DNA of 27,685 nt from a virus. Taxonomy: Duplodnaviria > Caudoviricetes. The notes under the pieces were generated by a model. It had not been told where the DNA came from and did no database searches. It was given only the letters and a program-made list of their open reading frames with translations. A program made the position numbers and the translations under genes. Below, in pieces: positions 18,044-25,256 of this stretch. Location: the IMG/VR virus record IMGVR_UViG_3300037483_000067, positions 1 to 27,685 of that record; one strand, written 5' to 3'. Numbering within the stretch: the first letter of the stretch is position 1; every line of letters begins with the position of its first letter.

Positions 18044-18308
18044 TCTTACCTTGCTTCTTCTCATACCAATGAGTAAGCCGGTGTGCTACTTCTGCATCCT
18101 TTTGCGCTTCAGGATCGCCAGCAGTTTTTTCAGCCGCCCATTGTTCGAGTTCCTTCTTTCCACGCTCTAAGTTAGTAACAATTTGACGAAATTTAGGGTC
18201 TTGCTCCATTACTTTGCGCAATGCAGCATTTCGTTCCCGCAAAATGGAATCGAAAATTGCTTCGACAAATCGCATCACAAATCCTTGCTCATTGAGAACT
18301 TTAGCCAT
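18036..18308 (-). CDS. Small helical hypothetical protein upstream of the tape measure gene
   Basis: Start reassigned to ATG 18308 (MAKVLNEQ) with a GAGGA RBS; overlaps both neighbours. Confidence 0.7.
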   Translation of the reverse strand: MAKVLNEQGFVMRFVEAIFDSILRERNAALRKVMEQDPKFRQIVTNLERGKKELEQWAAEKTAGDPEAQKDAEVAHRLTHWYEKKQGKNG

Positions 18309-18558
18309 CTGTTTTCCTCGGTGTTTGTGGCCATTTAGGCGGCGAAGTGAATCGGCCGCGGGGTGGACCCTTGGTAGCATTCTTCATTGCATCTGCTTGC
18401 TGCTTCAATGTGTCGGACAACTGCTTATACTGAAAGTTGCGTAAGTAGACAGGCATGAAGTACACGTCTTCGTATGTAAAACCACCCTTTGTGTAAAACA
18501 CCATTTCGAAAATCTGCTGTTGTAGTCCTAACTTATACGCCGGCGTCAGGCCAAAAAA
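18301..18558 (-). CDS. Probable frameshifted C-terminal extension of the tail assembly chaperone (gpGT-like), FFGLTPAYK...GGFTYEDVYFMPVYLR
   Basis: The +1 frame overlaps the end of the upstream gene at a T7 run and has no convincing RBS/ATG at its start. The GGFTY..VY.MP..LR segment resembles T-type chaperone domains. Confidence 0.6.
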   Translation of the reverse strand, partial: FFGLTPAYKLGLQQQIFEMVFYTKGGFTYEDVYFMPVYLRNFQYKQLSDTLKQQADAMKNATKGPPRGRFTSPPKWPQTPRKTDG

Positions 18559-19306
18559 AGTCCACGCCGAGTGGAACGGCGATCCTCCTTTCTTGCTTAC
18601 ATTCTGGATTGTTGCACACAAACGAGAATGTCATATCCACATCGGGGTTAACGGAATAATAGTGCTCTCTAAATGATCGTGCATCGCGAGTCAAAAACTG
18701 ATTGTCCACAAAATCTCGAACGGCCTGCTTGTTATCATTGCCGTCAATTGCTGTGATGATATACTTCAATCGTGTAGACATCGTATGATCTACTTCAGAA
18801 TCTACACCATCCAATTTGGTAAGTTCTAACTGAATTTGTTCATCATCTGCATGGGTCAGCAACTTGAATTTTAGGGTTTTGCCCGAAAGTGGAAGTGTAA
18901 ATGTAAATTCGTTGACGCCTTTTATTGTAGGTTCCGAAATCGTCTTTTCAACTAGCGCCGTTAAATCAACACTGGTTTTGGTGACGTGGCCGCATGTGCG
19001 ACACGTCACATTAGTCTTGTAATCCTTACCATATGCAAGAACGCGTGCGGCAATCATGATTCCATTTTTATCGCCGGTCAAGAGCTGACCGTAATCGATG
19101 CTCTTATCAACTACTAATGCTTGTAACAACTTATCCAGAACCACACCTTTGGCGATCAAATTTCGAGAGGTAAGAATGTCCTCTTCCCGGGCCGTCATAT
19201 ATTTCAGTTCAATGCGGCCGGATGCCAGCGGGCTTTGTGGATCGTAGAACCATCCCTTTGAAGGCAAATCAATGACTTCGGTGGGAAACTTGCGATCATT
19301 ACTCAT
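18533..19306 (-). CDS. T4 gp26-like baseplate hub / tail assembly chaperone
   Basis: FPTEVIDLPSKG.FY, KYMTAREEDIL, CRTC and CNNPEC zinc sites, terminal FFWP. Start reassigned to ATG 19306 with a GGAGG RBS. Confidence 0.8.
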   Translation of the reverse strand: MSNDRKFPTEVIDLPSKGWFYDPQSPLASGRIELKYMTAREEDILTSRNLIAKGVVLDKLLQALVVDKSIDYGQLLTGDKNGIMIAARVLAYGKDYKTNVTCRTCGHVTKTSVDLTALVEKTISEPTIKGVNEFTFTLPLSGKTLKFKLLTHADDEQIQLELTKLDGVDSEVDHTMSTRLKYIITAIDGNDNKQAVRDFVDNQFLTRDARSFREHYYSVNPDVDMTFSFVCNNPECKQERRIAVPLGVDFFWPDAGV

Positions 19307-19338
19307 AACTGTATAACCTCCATAACGAATACCTGCTT

Positions 19339-19348
19339 CTATAAGTAG
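19339..19348 (-). promoter_or_regulatory. Putative late promoter CTACTTATAG upstream of the chaperone/tape-measure operon
   Basis: Exact motif copy in a 43-nt intergenic gap, 33 nt before the ATG at 19306. Confidence 0.65.
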
Positions 19349-19349
19349 C

Positions 19350-21230
19350 TCAGGCGTCAAAATCTTCGCCGAAGCGTGCCGAAAGGCGTTTGACGAACGT
19401 CTTAAATGTAGACTGTGATCGTGCTTTGTTAAGTAGCTCGCCGTCAGCTACCGTGTCGATGATGACTTGTTTCTCAGCAAGCAATTCTCGCATATCATCA
19501 TCAATCGTACCCTTACATAATAAGTAAAGCACTTGCACCTGTGTAGTCTGACCAATGCGGTCGGTGCGATCTTCGGCCTGCTCATGATTGCCCGGAACCC
19601 AATCTTGGTTCAGGAAAATTACTGTGTCCGTCACATATTGTAGACCATCCAATGCCATGCCACCAGCCTTAAGGCCGATTAACGCAATTTTCGACTTGCC
19701 GGCCTGAAGTCGTTTGATGATAGCACGACGTTCCTTGGTCGAAGTCTGTCCATACAACAGTTCGGCTTGATCGCCGTATTCCGATTTGAGCTGTTTGAGG
19801 GGGTCAATATAAATTGAGAAAATAACAAGCGCTCGGTCGTTCTCAAGATACTCATCAATAATCTCACGGGTGCGTTCAAGTTTCTTACTTGACAGGAACC
19901 CTTGAATTTTCGGCATGGTACTGACTGTTGCCTGGCCGGTGAAGTGCCACGACTTAAACAACTCCTTAAGCAGCTCGGTATATTGCTTGCGTTCGTCTTT
20001 GTCAAGCTCAATATGGACATCTGTGCGTTGCTTGCCCGGCAATTCCGGCATAACCTTGCTACGTAGGCGACGAATGACAACATCCTTCGTGCGATCATGC
20101 AATTCTTCAAGATTACGAGGCTTATCACCCTGCCACCCACCATATCGCCGAGCAAAATGATAGAAGTTATTGAAACGCTGTTTGTCGATTGCGTTGAGAA
20201 GATAATACGCTTCGATGGGGCGATTGAGAATTGGGGTTCCCGTCAAAAAGATCAAATTTTTTGTCTTAATGCCCGGATACTCTTTCTTGTTTTTGCCGGC
20301 GCCAAGCACAGATTTTGCTCTAATAGTCCGCCGATTCTTGAGATATGTTGCTTCGTCGCATACAAGTAGATCAAAATCGATTTGTGTCAATTTTTTTGCT
20401 TGCTTGCGCACCGCGTCATAATTGATGACGTGAAACTGATTATTACCGTGCCCGACGACACTCTGCGTTGTCCAGATCGTCGTGTTTTTTCCAGTAAACT
20501 TCTCGATTTCATCGGCCCACTGCAGCGTGACGGACTTGGGGCACACAATGAGCGTCTTGCTTTGCGTTGCAAGAGCATAGCCGATGGCCTGAATGGTTTT
20601 ACCGAGCCCCATTTGATCAGCAATCATTGCTCGTCCACCGGCTCGCATGACAAACTCAACACCAACCTTTTGAAATCCATATAACGGATACTTCATGCCT
20701 TGCTTCAATTCGGGAAGATCAGTATCTTCTTTGACTCTAATCTCGTCGAGATCGCGGCGGCGCTGAACTTCTTTCAAATATCGTTGTTGCGCTTGCGGTG
20801 ACCACTTGATTTTATCCTCACCACCAAAGATAGTGACCACTTTGGGCAGTTGCACGGCTGGAAACTCCCAGCACTTTGCGTCACCATTCCAAACGCGGCC
20901 GTCAACCTCTCCTTTTATTCTATTCAAAAGGTCCTCATTGTACGGAAAGCGTACAGCGGCAGTGTTTTTATCTTTCAATACGATTCCGGCAGGGCCGGAC
21001 GCATTCTGGCGCGGGGGCTGCCACTTTTGACGTGTTTTGGGAAGAGCCAGATCGTCTACTGCTTTCCCCTCAAGAACTCGAGCGGCAGCACTACGCCAAA
21101 CTTCAGGCAAAGTGGAGCCCACGAGCCACTCTATATACCATCGTTGGCGTTCTGCCAGATAGCCAAGAGTTGAGCCCTTGAACTTGCCGAATGTAAGAAT
21201 GATTTGATATGCCGAAGGATGTATTATCAC
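19350..21230 (-). CDS. SNF2-family (SMARCAL1/HARP-like) helicase/translocase
   Basis: LYGFQKVGV, IADQMGLGKT, IVCPKS, DEAT, LTGTPILNRP, QAEDRTDRIGQ; also an N-terminal LTFGKFKG...YIEWL domain and a HARP-like RFPYNEDL...RVWNGDAKCWEFP segment. Confidence 0.9.
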   Translation of the reverse strand: MIIHPSAYQIILTFGKFKGSTLGYLAERQRWYIEWLVGSTLPEVWRSAAARVLEGKAVDDLALPKTRQKWQPPRQNASGPAGIVLKDKNTAAVRFPYNEDLLNRIKGEVDGRVWNGDAKCWEFPAVQLPKVVTIFGGEDKIKWSPQAQQRYLKEVQRRRDLDEIRVKEDTDLPELKQGMKYPLYGFQKVGVEFVMRAGGRAMIADQMGLGKTIQAIGYALATQSKTLIVCPKSVTLQWADEIEKFTGKNTTIWTTQSVVGHGNNQFHVINYDAVRKQAKKLTQIDFDLLVCDEATYLKNRRTIRAKSVLGAGKNKKEYPGIKTKNLIFLTGTPILNRPIEAYYLLNAIDKQRFNNFYHFARRYGGWQGDKPRNLEELHDRTKDVVIRRLRSKVMPELPGKQRTDVHIELDKDERKQYTELLKELFKSWHFTGQATVSTMPKIQGFLSSKKLERTREIIDEYLENDRALVIFSIYIDPLKQLKSEYGDQAELLYGQTSTKERRAIIKRLQAGKSKIALIGLKAGGMALDGLQYVTDTVIFLNQDWVPGNHEQAEDRTDRIGQTTQVQVLYLLCKGTIDDDMRELLAEKQVIIDTVADGELLNKARSQSTFKTFVKRLSARFGEDFDA

Positions 21231-21254
21231 TTAAAACATAACCTTTTCGTTACA

Positions 21255-21974
21255 TTAAAGTAGGAAACGAACACTGCGCAGAGTCATTGGCGTGCTGGCT
21301 CTTAAGAAGGAACCCGATGAAATGATCTCGTAGATGCCGAACGCACGATTAGCCGTCTCAACTCGTGGCACTTCCTGCGATGCTGTAAAAGATGATGTGA
21401 AGCCAGACACGGACATAGTAATAGACAATGAGGTCGTCACCGATGCACTGAAAGAGGCACTAAGCGAACCGGTAGTAATAGTCTCGCTGAATGATGACGA
21501 GAACGACTGTGTGAACGAGGATGATAGTGCGGTTGTGATGTCAGGGCCGGGAATAGTGCCTATATACTCGCCGGACCCGGCGGGCGTTTCGATCAGTGAC
21601 GCGGACAACATGACCGTGCCAATATTTGATCCACTAAACACGGTAGTCAATGACTGCGAAAACTCGTAGAGAATACTTACATTAATGGACTCGGACACAT
21701 GCGATGTGACCGAGGATGTGAATTGTGTGACACTCACCAAGCTCGATGTTGGGCCGCCATACCACGTCGATACGATGGCCGAACCGGTTGGATTAAGACT
21801 AAGATAAGCAGTGAGCTGTTGTCCCGTAATAAACTTACCGGTTGTTCGCTCTCCTAAATAGTAATCTATTAGATGGTCGTTGTCAAGGTAAACTTCTCGG
21901 TCCATTGGATTAGTTCTCACTCGAATGGGTATCCAGCGCGGGCGGCTGAACACTACGCCTGGTATTATACTCAT
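21255..21974 (-). CDS. Ser/Thr-rich probable virion structural protein
   Basis: Low-complexity S/T beta-strand-like repeats (SGS/SAS). Start reassigned to ATG 21974 with an AGGGAGG RBS; ATG near 21905 is an alternative. Confidence 0.6.
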   Translation of the reverse strand: MSIIPGVVFSRPRWIPIRVRTNPMDREVYLDNDHLIDYYLGERTTGKFITGQQLTAYLSLNPTGSAIVSTWYGGPTSSLVSVTQFTSSVTSHVSESINVSILYEFSQSLTTVFSGSNIGTVMLSASLIETPAGSGEYIGTIPGPDITTALSSSFTQSFSSSFSETITTGSLSASFSASVTTSLSITMSVSGFTSSFTASQEVPRVETANRAFGIYEIISSGSFLRASTPMTLRSVRFLL

Positions 21975-21984
21975 AGCACACAAC

Positions 21985-22018
21985 CTCCCTGTCCATACCA
22001 TAAGTAGTGAACAGGGAG
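21985..22018 (-). promoter_or_regulatory. RBS-sequestering hairpin with a late-promoter-like motif in its loop
   Basis: Minus strand reads CTCCCTGTTCA-CTACTTATGGTA-TGGACAGGGAG (11 bp, one G-U). The 3' arm is the SD of the gene starting at 21974. Confidence 0.65.
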
Positions 22019-22044
22019 ATTTGACAAGAACTTAGAGATTGAAC

Positions 22045-22533
22045 TTAGAAATTCAAAATACAATAGTCCGGCTGAATAGTAAGTGTGATTTCAATAGGAT
22101 CGTCAGTATTCCAATCCGCGTTGTTGAACGTTGCGTCGGTGATCTGTGCTCCTTTGATGATCCACTCTTCCACTTTGTCGCCTACAGGACCCAACATATT
22201 GAAAATCAAGTCCTTCTTGTAGAAGTCGGCGTAACCGTCTCGTCCGGTGACCGACTCGTGTCCCAATCGTATCCATTCCATAACGGCCTGAGCGCCTGAT
22301 GGAACAATGGGGTCATAGAGAGTAAATCCCATTGTTCCCCACACCGAACGTCCCTTGATATATCGCACGACATTGATATGCGGCAGCGCCTTTGCGTCTT
22401 GTGTCAAGTGCGGTCGTGCAACTCCCTTCACCATGAAGGACGGAACCCCATCCATGAACATGATGAACCGGTTGACCATCTTCGGTTCGAATGAGTTGAA
22501 AAACATCTCTTGTTCAGCGACTAAGTTTGCCAT
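22045..22533 (-). CDS. Tail tube protein (T4 gp19-like)
   Basis: FEPKMVNRF, TLYDPIVPSGAQAVMEW, SVTGRDGYADFYKKD, LGPVGDKVEEW; 162 aa; GGAG RBS. Confidence 0.92.
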   Translation of the reverse strand: MANLVAEQEMFFNSFEPKMVNRFIMFMDGVPSFMVKGVARPHLTQDAKALPHINVVRYIKGRSVWGTMGFTLYDPIVPSGAQAVMEWIRLGHESVTGRDGYADFYKKDLIFNMLGPVGDKVEEWIIKGAQITDATFNNADWNTDDPIEITLTIQPDYCILNF

Positions 22534-22566
22534 GCTGTTTCTCCAAAATAGCTTTATGCCTTCAGT

Positions 22567-22576
22567 CTATAAGTAG
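22567..22576 (-). promoter_or_regulatory. Putative late promoter CTACTTATAG upstream of the tail tube gene
   Basis: Exact motif copy, intergenic, 34 nt before the ATG at 22533. Confidence 0.65.
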
Positions 22577-22590
22577 TGATTTACCTTGAA

Positions 22591-24363
22591 TTAGATCAAG
22601 CCAAGTGCCAGTAGCCATGACGGCGACCCATCTGGGCCGTATCCGTCGGGCTCAACGAGCTTGCCCGTAACACTGGTTGCTATCCCGTCATTCATCATAC
22701 GTTCTAGCGTTGACTGAGACGGTGATTTAGTGATTCCCGACACACTATTTGCTCCGCTGTTAAGGAACAACGTGCGCCACACACCATTATGTTCGAAGTA
22801 AGCGAACATTGGATTCTTCTCTGAGAACTTCAATTCAATCATTGTGCCCGCGGGAACGGTACCGGGCTGATCAGACTTGCTATAATTCAGTTCTCGCTTT
22901 GTCTTGACACGAATACCACCGACCAGCCTTTTGCTATATGGATCAACGGCTTCTTTCATGACCATAACAGGCTGAAATTGTCCATTAGGCAGTTCCTTAA
23001 CATATGCATCTTTGACGGAGGACATTTGTTTAGCATGAGCGGCCATTTCTTCTGCTTCTCTGCGAGAGCGAACTGCTTGTAGTGTAGTCTCCTTGGCTTC
23101 TTTTATGCCTGACTTGCTCTGAAGTTGCTTAATGTATTCCCGATCAGACTGATCCGTATCGGCGGACTGAGCTGCTTTACTCATTCGTGACGGCAGTGCT
23201 TTTAAGGCTTGACTCGGTTTCATTCCTTTCTTCAATGCACCTTTGGTTGGCGGCATCTTCTTGAGATTGGCAGACGGCGCTGCTTCGTTTGGTCTAAAGG
23301 ATTGCGCTTCAATTTCGTCCCCACTGTCAATAACAAAACCACCCGTATGCAATTTGACTTTGTAATGGCCATCGGGAAGAGCTTTAACGATTGTGCCTTG
23401 CCCCCGAACCGTCCATACTTCTTGGCCGGGGCGATACTTTACTGCTTCATTGACAGATTCTTCCGGGCCGGGCACCTTCGGGGCGCCGGCGCCGCCTGGG
23501 TTCGGGGGGCCTGCGGAGGCGTGCCGGCGCCCTAGAAGTCGATTATTAGTTAGCCAGACGTAACATGGTCCCTTATAAGGTTGACCGTTACGTTGACGGG
23601 AACCGGTGAAGGAGCGAAAAACAAGCGGATCAACCTTCGTCCAACTCTTATTAACGTAGATTTCTAGCTTATCGGTATCAGGAAGAACATCCTTGAGCTT
23701 CTTGCGCCACGATGCTGCATCATCGGCTTCAGTGACGCTCTTCTTTTCCTTGTCTAGCTTCTTGCGTGTTGCGGCGACCTTTTGCTTGCGGCCAGGATAG
23801 TCAGCAGGAATCGTTCCCGGCGCACTGCCAGGGAAACTGATGCCTTGCTCTTTGACACTATCCGCATATTTTCGCACTTCCTCGGGGCTCAGTTGCGCAA
23901 CTGCCCATTTAGCAGCTTCCTGCGGAGACCAGCCAGCACGAATTCTCTCTTCGTATGCATCATGAAACTTAGTTGCTTCGTTGAGCTGCTTGCCTTTTGA
24001 CGCAAACCGTTGTACTTCTTTGAGAGGGGCATTGGTGAACTTCTTAGCCGTTTCGACAGTCTGCCAACGCTTGACTGTCTCACCACCTTTTGTGCAGTGT
24101 AATTCGCCTTGCGCATCATCCATTTGAGATGTTTCCATGAAAGTGCCGCCTCGATGCTTCTTACATGGCTTGCGCATCATATCAACATTAGCCTTATTTG
24201 GAAACATATCAACTTGACGAGGATCAGGCCTGGCCGCAAACCGCTGTGCTTCCACTTGCAACCGACAAGTAGTCTGCTTCCCCATATAATTGACGGCGCG
24301 CCAATAGCCATTGGGGAGCTGCCAGAATTTACTCCTTAACGGGTCATTACCATGATAGAGCAT
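22591..24363 (-). CDS. Basic multi-domain protein punctuated by [LVIMP]-x-E-A sites; putative head-internal polyprotein
   Basis: Start reassigned to ATG 24363 (TAATG overlap with the upstream stop). LNEA, VTEA, VNEA, PNEA, IKEA and MKEA separate unrelated 50-120 aa segments. Confidence 0.7.
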   Translation of the reverse strand: MLYHGNDPLRSKFWQLPNGYWRAVNYMGKQTTCRLQVEAQRFAARPDPRQVDMFPNKANVDMMRKPCKKHRGGTFMETSQMDDAQGELHCTKGGETVKRWQTVETAKKFTNAPLKEVQRFASKGKQLNEATKFHDAYEERIRAGWSPQEAAKWAVAQLSPEEVRKYADSVKEQGISFPGSAPGTIPADYPGRKQKVAATRKKLDKEKKSVTEADDAASWRKKLKDVLPDTDKLEIYVNKSWTKVDPLVFRSFTGSRQRNGQPYKGPCYVWLTNNRLLGRRHASAGPPNPGGAGAPKVPGPEESVNEAVKYRPGQEVWTVRGQGTIVKALPDGHYKVKLHTGGFVIDSGDEIEAQSFRPNEAAPSANLKKMPPTKGALKKGMKPSQALKALPSRMSKAAQSADTDQSDREYIKQLQSKSGIKEAKETTLQAVRSRREAEEMAAHAKQMSSVKDAYVKELPNGQFQPVMVMKEAVDPYSKRLVGGIRVKTKRELNYSKSDQPGTVPAGTMIELKFSEKNPMFAYFEHNGVWRTLFLNSGANSVSGITKSPSQSTLERMMNDGIATSVTGKLVEPDGYGPDGSPSWLLALGLI

Positions 24364-24689
24364 TAGAGCCAAAGCCTCGTGATACTGTTTTTCTTGCCAA
24401 TCAGACGTTCATATCGACGAATAATTGTTTCTTCCGATGTGGTGTCTTCTGCACCAAATTTTTCATATCGACTGAGAACGGGGGTAATCATCTTACTCCA
24501 TGATCGTTGAGGAGAAATCTTACCAGTCTTGACGGCAGCGGCTGCTCGATCCAGCGCGGCTTGAATTGCAGTCGTTGCTTGATCGACGCCAGGCATATCA
24601 GCATAGAGATCAAACGGATTCTTAGCTTCGTCAATCTTGGAAGCGGAAGTGAGCTTGTTTTCCGTGAGAAACTTTTTGATATCGAACAT
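24363..24689 (-). CDS. Small protein with MFDIKKFLTE leader; putative internal head protein
   Basis: Start reassigned to ATG 24689 (AAGGGG RBS) to match the repeated leader; second site IDE-A. Confidence 0.75.
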   Translation of the reverse strand: MFDIKKFLTENKLTSASKIDEAKNPFDLYADMPGVDQATTAIQAALDRAAAAVKTGKISPQRSWSKMITPVLSRYEKFGAEDTTSEETIIRRYERLIGKKNSITRLWL

Positions 24690-24690
24690 G

Positions 24691-24942
24691 TTATAGCCCC
24701 TTAGACCATTCTTCAAGTTCTCGTGATATGTCTTGTAATCTTTCAACAAACTCTACCATTTCCCACCGAGCATTATGATATACTGGTTGTTCTTTTGCTA
24801 GTGCTATACCTTGATTGAGTGCTCTAATAGATTGTTGAAGAGACAACTTTGCACTACCCATTTTGGCAGCAATTGCTTGGGAAGGTGTGACCTCGTGTAA
24901 TGGAAGTTTATTTTCCGTAAGGAACGTTTTGATGTCGAACAT
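24691..24942 (-). CDS. Small protein with MFDIKTFLTE leader; putative internal head protein
   Basis: AGGAG RBS, repeated leader, second site LHE-V, helical body. Confidence 0.75.
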   Translation of the reverse strand: MFDIKTFLTENKLPLHEVTPSQAIAAKMGSAKLSLQQSIRALNQGIALAKEQPVYHNARWEMVEFVERLQDISRELEEWSKGL

Positions 24943-24970
24943 GTTATACTCCTATTAGCTGTTTTGAATA

Positions 24971-25210
24971 CTACGACAGCTTGCGTTCTTCAGCTTCGTA
25001 TTTTTCCATCAACGTCATCCACCGTTCAGCTACAGAATTAAACTTTTTCAATGCAGCGCGAGCTTTAGCAACCGTTTGACTTCCCTTAATATCAGACAAA
25101 TGGCCCTCCATATCATCTTCCAAGACAGTCATGCGATCACCGATCCTATCAATCACATCTTCTTTCATGACGATTTTGTTTTCCGCGAGGAACGTTTTGA
25201 TATCGAACAT
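24971..25210 (-). CDS. Small protein with MFDIKTFLAE leader; putative internal head protein
   Basis: Start reassigned to ATG 25210; repeated leader; second site MKE-D. Confidence 0.75.
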   Translation of the reverse strand: MFDIKTFLAENKIVMKEDVIDRIGDRMTVLEDDMEGHLSDIKGSQTVAKARAALKKFNSVAERWMTLMEKYEAEERKLS

Positions 25211-25225
25211 AGTTAGCACCCATTA

Positions 25226-25251
25226 GGCCGTGAGGATTACTCTCCGCGGCC
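25226..25251 (-). other. Imperfect GC-rich hairpin with a GTAA (GNRA) loop just downstream of the sheath stop
   Basis: GGCCGCGGAGA-GTAA-TCCTCACGGCC, with two mismatches and no U-tract. Confidence 0.35.
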
Positions 25252-25256
25252 ATTGA

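Larger units (their letters stand above)
24654..25210 (-). repeat. Three dispersed copies of an approximately 36-nt repeat encoding MFDIKxFLxENK (about 24654-24689, 24907-24942, 25175-25210)
   Basis: Minus-strand ATGTTCGAYATCAAAAMGTTYCTYRCGGAAAAYAA is visible in all three copies; differences are mostly synonymous. Confidence 0.9.

Noticed and set aside
18036-18308. VLNE near the N-terminus as another prohead-protease site
   Set aside because: A single short motif without the MFDIK leader, in a tail gene context; insufficient support.
22021-22048. Plus-strand TTGACA and a GAACTTAGA direct repeat after the tail tube stop
   Set aside because: No acceptable -10 box at 16-18 nt spacing, and the repeat is short enough to be chance.
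24654-25210. Three spaced repeats of about 36 nt as a possible CRISPR array
   Set aside because: Spacing is about 250-270 nt, the repeats are in-frame gene starts, variation is mostly synonymous, and no cas genes are present.
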